Below, piece by piece: positions 18,156-28,442 of a DNA stretch of 64,000 nt. Position 1 is the first letter of the stretch. Each line of letters begins with the position of its first letter. The stretch covers positions 64,001 to 128,000 of IMG/VR virus record IMGVR_UViG_3300021197_001995. One strand, 5' to 3'. The position numbers and the translations under genes are program-made. The notes beneath the pieces were generated by a model. The model was given only the letters and a program-made list of their open reading frames with translations, made no database searches and was not told the DNA's origin. The DNA is from a virus.

Positions 18156-21002
18156 ATGGCACGTACAAAAATAAACGTATCAAACCAACTTTCAGTTAAC
18201 GCAAACCTCAAGCCTGATTCAGATGATGGATTCAGCTTGGGTACTACTGCTCACCAATGGTCGGACGCCTTTTTGGCATCTGGAGCAGTTCTAAACTTCA
18301 ACAACGGTGATGTCACTATGACTCACGGTTCAAACTTACTTACCATTTCAGGCGGAACATTCGCCACGGCTGCCTTGACTTCTACCACTATCACGGCTAG
18401 CGGAATCATCAAGACTGATGATTCAACTCAAGCCACCACGGCTCTTGACGGCTCTTTACAGACCGACGGTGGTCTGAGTGTTGTTAAAGACATTATTGCC
18501 GGCAACGATGTGAAATTACTTTCAGACGCAGCTGTTTTTGCAATGGGCGCAGGTAGCGATATTACAATTACTCACGACAACGGAACTGGCGGTACTTTAG
18601 CTTCTGCCGGAGCATTTGTCATCGACGGTGCAGCAGCTGTTACGGTTGATTCCGACGCCGCGCTTGTACTCGGTGGTGCTTCTATCAATGTCGACGCTGA
18701 CGGCGGCACACTAGCTCTCGACGGCACCGGTGGTGTAAGCCTTGGTACTGCGACCAGCGGTGTTGCAGTTACGATCGGCCATGGGACTTCAGAAGTTACC
18801 ATTGGTGACAACTTGACAGTGAGTGGTGACCTAACAGTGAGTGGTACAACAACCACTGTTAACAGCACAGTCACGACACTCGCGGATCCTTTGATAGTCC
18901 TTGCTCAAGGCGCATCTGGGTCACCGGCCAATGACTTAGGTTTAGTCCTTAAGCGTGGTTCTTCAAATAGCATGGGTATTATCTTTGATGAGTCCGATGA
19001 CACTTTCAAGGTTGCTGATATCGGTTCGGAAGATGGTACAACAGCTGGAAACATTTCACAAGTTACGCCTACTAAATTCATGGCCGGCCAGATCTTCATC
19101 GACTCTTCAAGCGATTATATCGACGTCGTGACCGACCTTAAGGTTGTCGCTGCTGCCGATATCGTTCTCGATCCAGGCGGAGCCAATGTTGTTCCTGGTG
19201 GCGATAGTGAAGACTCACTTGGTCGACCAGCTACATCCGCGTCTCACAGCGAAGGGTCTCAGACATTATCCACGAGTGGACTTACTTCATCGCAGTCGAT
19301 TTCCATGAGTGCTTCTGGCAATCATGCAGTTCTTTTCGGATCGAGCCTGAGCGCTCCTTCAGCTAGCTCTGCAGCTTCTGGTTTCACGAGCGCCCTTCAG
19401 GCCGTATCACAAAGTCTCAGTGGCTTTTCCAGTACTTTTAATGGTACCCTGTCTATGGGCTCATACAGTGGCAGTACAATATCTGCAGGATCTATCTTCT
19501 CACTTAACGGAAGCAGCAGCTCATTCTACTTTGTTGTCACCTCGGATTACTCTAGTGGTTCATCAATTTCGGTCTGCGCGATGCCTAACGTTAGTGGCCA
19601 CTCAACCTCAATTGGGTCGATATCAAGCGTAAGCTCTTATAGTAGCTCTGGATTTTCTGGATCTGGCGCCTTATCAGGAGTTTCAACATCTGCCGGCGAA
19701 ACCGTATCGTTTACCTTAAGCGGTGGATCTGCAGTATTCGTATCTGTAGTAGGACCTTCCTCAAGCACCCCTTGGGGTTTTGTTGGTGATCCTAGAGATG
19801 ATGTAAGTACTGCGGGCACGTTCTCCGGAACACCTACCGCCGCCAAAGCCGGTGGTTCAATAACTGCCGCAGCATCAGCTGTCGCTTGGGCAAATCTCTA
19901 CGTTGATGCTATTGATCTTAATGGTCAAGGCATAATATCAGTTGGTGGTGTAGGCGCCGCCGGTCAAGTAGGTATCGATCTAGATGCCGATGGTGATACT
20001 TCAATCCGCGCTTCCGCTGATGACGTAATTACATTCGAAGTAGGTGGTGCTGACTTAGTTGATATCAAAGCAGCAGGTCTTCAGATCACTGATGACAAGA
20101 AGTTGATGTTCGGCGCCGAATCAGGCGGTGACGCATCATTCGAGTATGACGAAGACGGCAATAACGTTCTTCTTTATGCTGGTGCAAGCATGAGATTTAG
20201 CGATGACGTCAAGCTCGAGTTTGGTGCTGCTGGTGATGCTTCAATCGAATATGACGAAGACGGAACTGATCAACTTCGTATTGCTGCTCCTTCTGCGGGC
20301 GTAGTGATTTCTGGTACTACTCCAAAGCTAGTCCTTGGTGACGCCGGCGCGGAAGACACAATGCTTGTATTTGATGGCAACGCACAGGATTTCCGCATTG
20401 GTCTTGATGACGGAACAGATATTCTTGAGCTTGGTGTTGGTGCAGCTCATGGAACAACCACATCACTTAAGTTGGACGCCAGCTTGAATGTTGATGTTGC
20501 CGGTCATGATGGGTCAACAGTAGGTCTGAAGCTTGCCGGCACAATCGTATCGGCAACTGCAGCAGAGCTTAACCACCTCGACGGAATTGCTGATGCAGCC
20601 TATGACCAGACCGCGGACTCTGTTGCTTTCTTTGACGCAACAGATTCCAAGATCAAGTACGAAGGTGCTAACGACTTCGCAACAGCAATCTCCGGCGACG
20701 GCCTTTCTGCTGCAAGTGGTAAGATTAAGATTACTGCTTACGAGCAGCACTTCAACTCTTCGTCCCTCGCGGCTGGTGCTCATACACCTGCACACCATGC
20801 AACGGCATCTCTAAATTTGGAGTCAGCAATTGTCTCAAATTCATTGGAAGTGTACCTTAACGGTATGTTACAAATGAAGTCTGGTTCCATCGCTGACCAC
20901 CCGGGCGACTCTTATGATTATAAAGTCGACGGCGTGCACGTGCAGTTGAGAGATCTTATGGATTCCAATGATGTCCTCGTGGTCAAGTACCTTGCCAAAT
21001 AA
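18156..21002 (+). CDS. Large virion fibre/appendage protein with Ser-rich insert
   Basis: Fibre motifs (GDLTVSGTTTTVNSTVTTLADPLI, DDxKLxFG...GDASxEYDEDG x2), C-terminal VYLNGMLQ...DY domain. Confidence 0.8.
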   Translation: MARTKINVSNQLSVNANLKPDSDDGFSLGTTAHQWSDAFLASGAVLNFNNGDVTMTHGSNLLTISGGTFATAALTSTTITASGIIKTDDSTQATTALDGSLQTDGGLSVVKDIIAGNDVKLLSDAAVFAMGAGSDITITHDNGTGGTLASAGAFVIDGAAAVTVDSDAALVLGGASINVDADGGTLALDGTGGVSLGTATSGVAVTIGHGTSEVTIGDNLTVSGDLTVSGTTTTVNSTVTTLADPLIVLAQGASGSPANDLGLVLKRGSSNSMGIIFDESDDTFKVADIGSEDGTTAGNISQVTPTKFMAGQIFIDSSSDYIDVVTDLKVVAAADIVLDPGGANVVPGGDSEDSLGRPATSASHSEGSQTLSTSGLTSSQSISMSASGNHAVLFGSSLSAPSASSAASGFTSALQAVSQSLSGFSSTFNGTLSMGSYSGSTISAGSIFSLNGSSSSFYFVVTSDYSSGSSISVCAMPNVSGHSTSIGSISSVSSYSSSGFSGSGALSGVSTSAGETVSFTLSGGSAVFVSVVGPSSSTPWGFVGDPRDDVSTAGTFSGTPTAAKAGGSITAAASAVAWANLYVDAIDLNGQGIISVGGVGAAGQVGIDLDADGDTSIRASADDVITFEVGGADLVDIKAAGLQITDDKKLMFGAESGGDASFEYDEDGNNVLLYAGASMRFSDDVKLEFGAAGDASIEYDEDGTDQLRIAAPSAGVVISGTTPKLVLGDAGAEDTMLVFDGNAQDFRIGLDDGTDILELGVGAAHGTTTSLKLDASLNVDVAGHDGSTVGLKLAGTIVSATAAELNHLDGIADAAYDQTADSVAFFDATDSKIKYEGANDFATAISGDGLSAASGKIKITAYEQHFNSSSLAAGAHTPAHHATASLNLESAIVSNSLEVYLNGMLQMKSGSIADHPGDSYDYKVDGVHVQLRDLMDSNDVLVVKYLAK

Positions 21003-21037
21003 TTAAGACCCCACCAAACTAGCTCAAAACCCACCTC

Positions 21038-21066
21038 AGCCCGCCTTTTTGGCGGGCTTTTCTTTT
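21038..21066 (+). terminator. Rho-independent terminator
   Basis: AGCCCGCC-TTTTT-GGCGGGCT followed by T tract. Confidence 0.85.
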
Positions 21067-21147
21067 TCTTCTTTCCTTTAGAAGAAAGAAAAACTATTTA
21101 ATAAGTAAAATAACATTTGTAATACTCTTCAAAAGGAGAAAAATAAC

Positions 21148-24100
21148 ATGGCATCTAGAAAGTTTCGATTTGTTTCCCCTGGCGTGTTCTTGAGAGAAGT
21201 AGATAACTCTCAACTTCCAGGCCAAAGCAACGCTATAGGACCGATCATTATCGGCCGTACCCGTAAAGGACCCGCACTCAGACCTTACAAGGTTAAGTCC
21301 TTGGATGAATTAGAGAGAGTGTTCGGCAAACCAATGCCGGGTAATCAGGGTGAAGACCCTTGGAGAGACGGCACTGGCATCCTTGCAGAGTCGTATGCAC
21401 CATACGCTGCAAAGGCTTACTTGACAGCAGGCCGCGGCACTGACTCGCCCGTGACGATGGTTCGCCTATTGGGTGTTGCAGGAGATGACGCAACTGCATT
21501 GCCTGCAGCAGAACCAGGATGGAAAGCAACACAGGCCCATGGCTTGTTCTTGTTTCAATCGTCCTCGAACACTGCAGTAGGAAACGACCTTCAACTGGCT
21601 GCAGTATTTTATTCAACGGACAGTAACTTTAAAGCATCTCTTAATGGGCAGCACATTAATCCGAATAGTGGATCAGTCAATTCTGCCACAGTTGCAGCCA
21701 CCACCGGCCATGTTCCTGTCATGTTCGATTCGGCAAAGAAACTTACAGTAAAACTGGAAACAACAACCGGTACATCTCGCTCGAAAGAGGTAAAGTTTGC
21801 TTTTGGTGACATAAGAAAAGAATTCAACACGAATCCTGTTTCTACAACTAGTCGAATCTCATCACCAAGCGCCGGATCCATCGCTGATGCATACTGGCTT
21901 GGAGAGACATTTGAAGAAACCTATAACAAATTTGAAAAAGCAACAACTGGCACAGCCAACACTGAGATGGCTGCAGTTATCTTGCCTTTGGACGCAGGTA
22001 TGGCTGACTTCAAGGGATCTAAGCACGAAGCTACCGCAGCTAAAACTGGCTGGGTCTTCGGACAGGACACTTCAGGAGATCACACGGCATACAGCCCTGA
22101 TAACTTGCAAAAGCTTTTCAGAATTGTTTCACTCCACGAAGGCAGAGATTCCTCGAAAGAGATTTTGATCGGTATAGAGGACATTTCAGTACCAAGAGAA
22201 GGTGCCACCAATCGATTCGGCACGTTCTCAGTGGTTGTCAAAAGAATTGGCACTACTAGAGTCGAGGCCATAGAGAGATTTGATAATTGTAACTTGGATC
22301 CAAACTCTCCTGACTTCGTTGCCAAGAAAATCGGTGACCAATATATGTTATGGAGCCCTAGCGAAAAGAGAAACAAGCTTTATGGTGAAAATCCCAACAT
22401 GTCAGAGCAAATTAGAGTTGACATGAACCAGGACATAATAAGCAATGGTGGTCCAATAAACACTGAGCATGTACCATTCGGTTTTTATGGCCCAATCGTT
22501 CCTGCAACAATTTCTGTTAACACTGATGTAACCACCGCAGCTGCAGCCGCAACTGCAACGATAGCTTGTCTAAGTGCCAGCAAAGCAGACTACGACGACA
22601 CAAAAATTACGCTTATTTCTGCAGATGGCACATCGAGAACATACGCAATCTCTAATGGCGGATCCGGGACTGGAACAGTTGTATCCGGCACAATCATAAG
22701 GGTCAATGTGGGCGCCGCATCCTCGGCTGCAGATGTCGCCGCTGAGATTAAAACCGCGATGGAGCATGCCCATGGACACACATCGTCTAAGTTAACTGTC
22801 GAGCGCAATGGCGCAAATCTTACTGTTACGCAGGCCACATCTGGCCACGCAGGGAACACTACTATCGCAGCCCTCACTGGATCGGGTGCAGACGCCGCGG
22901 TACTTACAGTTAACGGCGGAATCACAGAGACCAAGTTCTCTGGAGGGTTGGACTCGGGTACAGACGGAGCACAAGATCTTCAGATTGGGCTTACTAGTTG
23001 GGTCAACGCAACTCTGAACCTGGATAACCACAGACAGGACGCCAACGGAGAAGCACTTACAGTTAATGTTAAGTGGCCAGAGTCTCTGCTGATCAACACT
23101 TCTTCAGCGACTCAGGACTTCTATCAAGGTATCTCGCCTTACAAGTTCACATTCGACGGACTTGCTCCAACAGGCCTAGATAATGGCAGCAAGGTTGGAA
23201 GCAAGGTAAATAAAGGCTATGTAGATTACGTAAGAAGAATGTCAGACTACGGAACAAGTGCACTTGTTTCAAGCCAGGATTCTGGCCTTGCAACAGCCGG
23301 CACTACTGAGCATAGTTTCATCTTTACCTTAGACGAAGTTGTTCTTACACCAACTAGGCTAAAGACGAATTCTAGATACGTCGCCTCGGCAGGCGATGTC
23401 AAGGCAGCATACTATCAGGCGGGCTCACGAACAGGGGCAGGTGTTGCATGGACAGCTGTAGATGATAAAAACAATGAGAAATCATACGCATGGCACATCG
23501 CCAGCGGCTCGGGAGACTACAGGACACTGTTAGATGTCGTCGACGGATTCAACATGCCTTTGGTGGGCGGGTTCGACGGGGTTGACATAACTGAGGCAGA
23601 CCCTTTCAACGCCAACGTTCTTAACAATGGAACTACAGCAGACAGTTATGCTTATGCTTCAGTCGATAGGGCACTGGAACTGATAAAGGACCCAGAAGCA
23701 GTAGAGCACAACTTAGCTCTTATGCCAGGTATCACTGAAGAGTCGCTCACGACTAAGCTTGTAGACGCATGTGAAGCAAGAGCTGACTCTATGGCGATAA
23801 TCGACCTTCCGGACGTATATAAGCCACCATTTGAAGAGAAGTGTGACAACTTTCAATCTAGAATTGTTGCAACACCAGAGAGCGCAGCAAAGGCCTTGAC
23901 TAGTCGCCAGCTTAATTCTTCTTATGGTGCTGCATACTACCCATGGGTCAAGATTAAGGATGAAGAGTCCAACCGAGATGTTTGGGTTCCACCTTCAGTC
24001 GTGGCCCTCGGGGTAATGGCACACACGGAAAGAAACTCAGAGGTCTGGTTTGCTCCGGCCGGTTTTAACCGCGGCGGCTTGAATCAAGGAAACGCAGGAG

Positions 24101-24564
24101 TTCCAGTTCTTCAGGTAACTGAGCAACTTCTCTCGAAGGACCGAGACACCTTGTACCAGGCAAACATAAATCCTATAGCTTCTTTCGTGTCCGAGGGTAT
24201 TGTTATCTTCGGCCAAAAGACTTTGCAGTCATCGCAATCAGCGCTTGATCGCATCAACGTACGAAGACTCTTGATTTTCGTCAAGAAAGAAGTATCTAGA
24301 ATTTCTAGTTCACTATTATTCGAGCAGAACGTTCAGGCAACTTGGGCACGATTTCATGGCCAGGTTAAAAACTTCCTAGACAGTGTCAAGGTCCGTTTTG
24401 GCTTGACCGACTTTAAGGTTCTACTGGACAGCACCACGACCACGCCGGATCTCATTGATCGAAACGTCATGTACGCAAAGATCTTCCTGAAACCAGCTAG
24501 GGCCATTGAGTTTATTGCAGTTGATTTCGTTATAACAAACACCGGTGCCTCTTTCGATGACTAG
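21148..24564 (+). CDS. Contractile tail sheath protein (gp18-like) with insertions
   Basis: FVSPGVFLREVD, YYPWV, WFAPAGFNRG, RINVRRLL, KPARAIEFI. Confidence 0.96.
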   Translation: MASRKFRFVSPGVFLREVDNSQLPGQSNAIGPIIIGRTRKGPALRPYKVKSLDELERVFGKPMPGNQGEDPWRDGTGILAESYAPYAAKAYLTAGRGTDSPVTMVRLLGVAGDDATALPAAEPGWKATQAHGLFLFQSSSNTAVGNDLQLAAVFYSTDSNFKASLNGQHINPNSGSVNSATVAATTGHVPVMFDSAKKLTVKLETTTGTSRSKEVKFAFGDIRKEFNTNPVSTTSRISSPSAGSIADAYWLGETFEETYNKFEKATTGTANTEMAAVILPLDAGMADFKGSKHEATAAKTGWVFGQDTSGDHTAYSPDNLQKLFRIVSLHEGRDSSKEILIGIEDISVPREGATNRFGTFSVVVKRIGTTRVEAIERFDNCNLDPNSPDFVAKKIGDQYMLWSPSEKRNKLYGENPNMSEQIRVDMNQDIISNGGPINTEHVPFGFYGPIVPATISVNTDVTTAAAAATATIACLSASKADYDDTKITLISADGTSRTYAISNGGSGTGTVVSGTIIRVNVGAASSAADVAAEIKTAMEHAHGHTSSKLTVERNGANLTVTQATSGHAGNTTIAALTGSGADAAVLTVNGGITETKFSGGLDSGTDGAQDLQIGLTSWVNATLNLDNHRQDANGEALTVNVKWPESLLINTSSATQDFYQGISPYKFTFDGLAPTGLDNGSKVGSKVNKGYVDYVRRMSDYGTSALVSSQDSGLATAGTTEHSFIFTLDEVVLTPTRLKTNSRYVASAGDVKAAYYQAGSRTGAGVAWTAVDDKNNEKSYAWHIASGSGDYRTLLDVVDGFNMPLVGGFDGVDITEADPFNANVLNNGTTADSYAYASVDRALELIKDPEAVEHNLALMPGITEESLTTKLVDACEARADSMAIIDLPDVYKPPFEEKCDNFQSRIVATPESAAKALTSRQLNSSYGAAYYPWVKIKDEESNRDVWVPPSVVALGVMAHTERNSEVWFAPAGFNRGGLNQGNAGVPVLQVTEQLLSKDRDTLYQANINPIASFVSEGIVIFGQKTLQSSQSALDRINVRRLLIFVKKEVSRISSSLLFEQNVQATWARFHGQVKNFLDSVKVRFGLTDFKVLLDSTTTTPDLIDRNVMYAKIFLKPARAIEFIAVDFVITNTGASFDD

Positions 24565-24608
24565 AAAAAAGAAGCAACGCAACTATATACTATTAGGAGA
24601 CCTTTATA

Positions 24609-25175
24609 ATGTCAGGAAATAATTTTTGGAGCGAAGCAAGAACGGAACCAAAGAGGAAGTTTAGATACCTCCTCTACTTTGCAGGGATGCCACAATTCAT
24701 GGCTAAGACAGTGACGAAGCCATCATTCCAGGTGGGCTCCACTACTCACAGTTTTTTGCAACACAACTTCAACTTCCCAGGTAGAGTAACTTGGCAAGAT
24801 GTCAGCGTTACGATCGTAGATCCGATCCAGCCTGACGCAACCCAGAGTCTTTACAACATACTTAAGAGTTCGGGGTACGTTTTACCAACCGACGTCATGT
24901 CCTCGCCTGAGGGCAAGGCTACGATTACGAAAGCGGGCATGATTGACTCCCTAGGGCCTAACATCAGGATAGACACCATTGGTTCAGGTGGAGCAGACGA
25001 CATAATAGAATCGTGGATTCTTAACAATCCACTAATAACTTCAGTAAATTTTGATTCACTGGATTATTCGTCTGACGATATTCTCAACATTCAGATCGGG
25101 CTCAAGTACGATTGGGCAGAATTAAATAACGACATCTTGTCTGCAGAGGCAGGAACCGCTTGGAATGAAGAGTAA
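24609..25175 (+). CDS. Tail tube protein (gp19-like)
   Basis: EPKRKFRY, PGRVTWQDVSVTIVDP, FDSLDYSSDD; follows the sheath gene. Confidence 0.9.
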   Translation: MSGNNFWSEARTEPKRKFRYLLYFAGMPQFMAKTVTKPSFQVGSTTHSFLQHNFNFPGRVTWQDVSVTIVDPIQPDATQSLYNILKSSGYVLPTDVMSSPEGKATITKAGMIDSLGPNIRIDTIGSGGADDIIESWILNNPLITSVNFDSLDYSSDDILNIQIGLKYDWAELNNDILSAEAGTAWNEE

Positions 25176-25231
25176 TTAAATCTCGTCTTCCAAATTACTA
25201 TTAGGACTATAAAAAAGAAAGAGAGGAAATA

Positions 25232-26113
25232 GTGACTAGAAACTCCAGAAAACTTCAGAGATCCCCACAGCCAGATTACGATCCCAACACAGAACAAGTC
25301 AAAGTGAAAAGCCAAGCGCAAAACAAAAATGCGAACTCGGCTAATCCCTTTGGTATGTCCTTTGTTGTTTCGACGGCAAAAGTTGAACTTCCAACGAAAG
25401 GGCTATTCTATCCAAGAGGCTCAAGTATGCATGGCATCGAAGAGTTAGAAATCAAACACATGACCGCGAAGGAAGAAGACCTCTTATCTACCGTCGGATC
25501 CGGCGCAGATGAAAATGTGTTCAATAACTTAATTTCAGGATTACTAACTGACAAGACAATAGACCCCTCAGAACTGCTGGACGAAGACAAGATGGCGATT
25601 CTACTGAAAGCTCGCGAAACTGGCTATGGAAACGAATACGAATCAACAATCTTTTGTGAAAATTGTAATAGTGAGACCAGTGCTGTTTTTGACTTGTCGA
25701 AGGCCAAAGTCACTTCAATCGCAGAAGAGAATCAATATGATCCCGATGAAGATTGTTTCGTTTTAACCTTGCCCATCTCGGACATTGAAGTAAAAATAAG
25801 AAGGATCACGGAAAAAGATCGAACGGAGATTGACCAGGACAAGGAAAAGAAAGAGAGTTTAAACATAGAGTTTAATCGGACTATCTCTATCTTGAAAAAA
25901 ACTATTATCTCCGCCAACGGAATCGTTGACCAAGCAACTCTATCAAAGCTTTATAATGTGTTGCCTGCAGCCGATGCAAAATTTCTATTAAATTTTGACA
26001 AAGACATAATACCAAAGCTGAGTACAGCACAGAACGTCGAATGTTCTAAGTGCGCGACGGTACTTGAAAGAGAGGCGCCTCTCTCGTGGGCCTTTTTTCG
26101 CACTGACATCTGA
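25232..26113 (+). CDS. Tail/baseplate-hub assembly chaperone (gp26/gp51-like)
   Basis: VELPTKGLFYP, MTAKEEDLL, two CxxC pairs, terminal FF motif; lies between tube and tape measure. Confidence 0.8.
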   Translation: MTRNSRKLQRSPQPDYDPNTEQVKVKSQAQNKNANSANPFGMSFVVSTAKVELPTKGLFYPRGSSMHGIEELEIKHMTAKEEDLLSTVGSGADENVFNNLISGLLTDKTIDPSELLDEDKMAILLKARETGYGNEYESTIFCENCNSETSAVFDLSKAKVTSIAEENQYDPDEDCFVLTLPISDIEVKIRRITEKDRTEIDQDKEKKESLNIEFNRTISILKKTIISANGIVDQATLSKLYNVLPAADAKFLLNFDKDIIPKLSTAQNVECSKCATVLEREAPLSWAFFRTDI

Positions 26114-26261
26114 ATATATTGAAAGAGTCACGTACGAAGAGATTTTTCTCTTAATGAAAGAGAACAATTTTTCTTTCATCGAAGCATATAACCTGCCCGT
26201 CAAGCTTCGCAATTGGTTTGTCGACCGACTAATCAAGTACATTTCCCCAGAGGATGAATAA
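26094..26261 (+). CDS. Probable frameshift-accessed C-terminal extension of the tail chaperone
   Basis: +1 frame ORF FFALTSEY...YNLPVKLRNWF overlapping the CC TTT TTT CG site; no convincing SD or start of its own. Confidence 0.6.
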   Translation, partial: FFALTSEYIERVTYEEIFLLMKENNFSFIEAYNLPVKLRNWFVDRLIKYISPEDE

Positions 26262-26336
26262 AATAAGTTATTGTGCTAATTATTTATGGTATGATTTTAT
26301 ATTTCGACCCGAAGATTGAAGGAGAACGTTAGTGCA

Positions 26337-28424
26337 ATGAATTGGAATACTCTAACCGAGGCCGTGAGGTCACGCCTGACGTCACAGGGTGAAACTGAAA
26401 AAAGTTTCATGGCGAAAACCGAGGGGCAGAGGCAGAAGTTGCTCGCCGGCGTCAATAAGTTGCTGGGCGACGGCGCTAGTAAAAGGACAGAAAACAACGA
26501 ACCTTCGCGTATGGGGCTACCCTCTGCTAAGGACTTAGGTACGTTTACAGACATCGCCACGGCCATGGCCAGAGAAGCGGAGGAAACCGAGAAAGCTCTC
26601 CGCGCAATGAACGCCGCGGGCCAGAACTTTTTTGATGGAAACGCAGCAAAGGGTATTGCTGAGGTAACGAAAGCTTTAAACTTAAAGACGGGACAGATAC
26701 GACTCGGAGCAGAAGCATTTTTTCAGCTAAATGAAAAAGTGAACGCATTCGCATACCTCAGTGAAGAGGCTTTCAACAAAAACGGAAGACTATCTGCTTC
26801 ACTAGCAGAGCAGGCCGGCATCTTAAAACAGCTAGGCTTGAATTACGGAAACTTCGCTGCGAACACGGACACGGCAATCCACTCGCTTCAACTTAACGAA
26901 GAAGGGGTCAAGAAGTTCAACCTAAGTATAAAGACGCTAGCAGACGACCTGAAGATGCTACCAGATGAGGTCTCCAGGAACTTTCAAAAAGTTTCGAAAA
27001 ACCTAATGTATGATGCGGCAACCATACAATCCCAATTTGTTAAATTTCAAGTCCTGGCCCAAAAGACAGGATTAGAAGCAGATCAGATCGCCGGCAGATT
27101 TGGCTCAGGCATGGACACCATCTCCGGAGCATCTGGTGCCGCGGCCAATATCAACGCACTGCTGGGTCGTAACGCATTTTCCGCAACAGAACTTTTAGGA
27201 ATGGAAGAAGCGGACCGAGCAGAGGCTATCAGAGCGGCGATCCAGGGCGACTCTCAGCTGATGGCAGACATCGACGCCGGCGGCGCCCAAGGAAAATTTG
27301 CAATGATCTCGGTTGCTGAGTCCCTTGGTATGGGCAGGGACGAGGCGCGCCGCTTTATCAAGACAGGTGAAAAAGACGACTCTGTTAAATCGAAACTAGA
27401 GAAGGAAATCGGATCTGCCACTGGCGTAAGCAACATCGCTGGTGATGAAAGAATGTCCCGAGTAATTTCGAGCTTCACGACAGGCACATCTGATCTGAAA
27501 AAGGCGTTGGACAAGTTAACCGACACATACGAGAGGGGGCTAGATCCTCAAATGTCATTCGCGGTGCAGAACCGTCGACTGCTTCTTGAAAAAGCCAACC
27601 GCGGCGAATTCGCGGGTACAGAAGCACTGGGCACCTTCGGGCGCCTAGGTTCCATGACGAAAGGTTTATCCGTAGGTCAATTTAATCAAGCACAACGGCT
27701 TCAACCTGGAATAGGAGGCAGCCTGGAACGTTTGGTCAAAAGATCCCAAATGGGACTCTACGACACTTCCTCTAGCGAATTCCAAACAATGATTTCCCAA
27801 TTGACGTCAACAGACGAAAAAGAGAGAGCCACCGGCGCCAGCACTTTGGACGAAATCACTCGTAAGAGTCCCAAGAGGGATGAAGACGCAATTAGAAAAC
27901 AAGGCGGGATAGGCCCCGCGGCAATGAGCGTGATCACACGCGTCTCGAACATGTCAGAATACTCCGGCCGTCGCATGATGTCGGTATTTATGGAAAGATT
28001 CAGAGGCAAGAACCCAACAGAAGAGCAGGCAAAGGCCTTTGCCGAGGAGTACAAGAAATCTGACGAGTTTGCAGAAAGCGAAAAGATAGATTATGAAATG
28101 ACCGCGGTCAACGCGCGCCTCAAGGATACAACAAAAGAAGGTCGCGCCGCGAGCATAGACGATTTTAGCAGCGACTTTGGTGAAGGTTCCAGCCGCTTTA
28201 GCCGCTTAAAAGAATCTGCGCGCTCCAGCTTCCTCAGAGAGTCTGAGAAAAAAAGAAGAAAAGATAATGAATCAAAAAACAATCTTGAAGGGCCCTCCGG
28301 CTCGACGCAAAGAACGACAGACTCTTCTGGGAACACGATCGTGAACTTTTTACTAAATGATACAATTTTGGCTTCTGCTGTAATAAAGGGCACACATAAA
28401 GTACTAGGCAGAACAACAGAATGA
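26337..28424 (+). CDS. Tape measure-like protein
   Basis: Long Ala/Gly-rich helical ORF after the chaperone; GCTAATTA box at 26275. Confidence 0.7.
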   Translation: MNWNTLTEAVRSRLTSQGETEKSFMAKTEGQRQKLLAGVNKLLGDGASKRTENNEPSRMGLPSAKDLGTFTDIATAMAREAEETEKALRAMNAAGQNFFDGNAAKGIAEVTKALNLKTGQIRLGAEAFFQLNEKVNAFAYLSEEAFNKNGRLSASLAEQAGILKQLGLNYGNFAANTDTAIHSLQLNEEGVKKFNLSIKTLADDLKMLPDEVSRNFQKVSKNLMYDAATIQSQFVKFQVLAQKTGLEADQIAGRFGSGMDTISGASGAAANINALLGRNAFSATELLGMEEADRAEAIRAAIQGDSQLMADIDAGGAQGKFAMISVAESLGMGRDEARRFIKTGEKDDSVKSKLEKEIGSATGVSNIAGDERMSRVISSFTTGTSDLKKALDKLTDTYERGLDPQMSFAVQNRRLLLEKANRGEFAGTEALGTFGRLGSMTKGLSVGQFNQAQRLQPGIGGSLERLVKRSQMGLYDTSSSEFQTMISQLTSTDEKERATGASTLDEITRKSPKRDEDAIRKQGGIGPAAMSVITRVSNMSEYSGRRMMSVFMERFRGKNPTEEQAKAFAEEYKKSDEFAESEKIDYEMTAVNARLKDTTKEGRAASIDDFSSDFGEGSSRFSRLKESARSSFLRESEKKRRKDNESKNNLEGPSGSTQRTTDSSGNTIVNFLLNDTILASAVIKGTHKVLGRTTE

Positions 28425-28442
28425 TAAAAGGAGAATTGAGAA

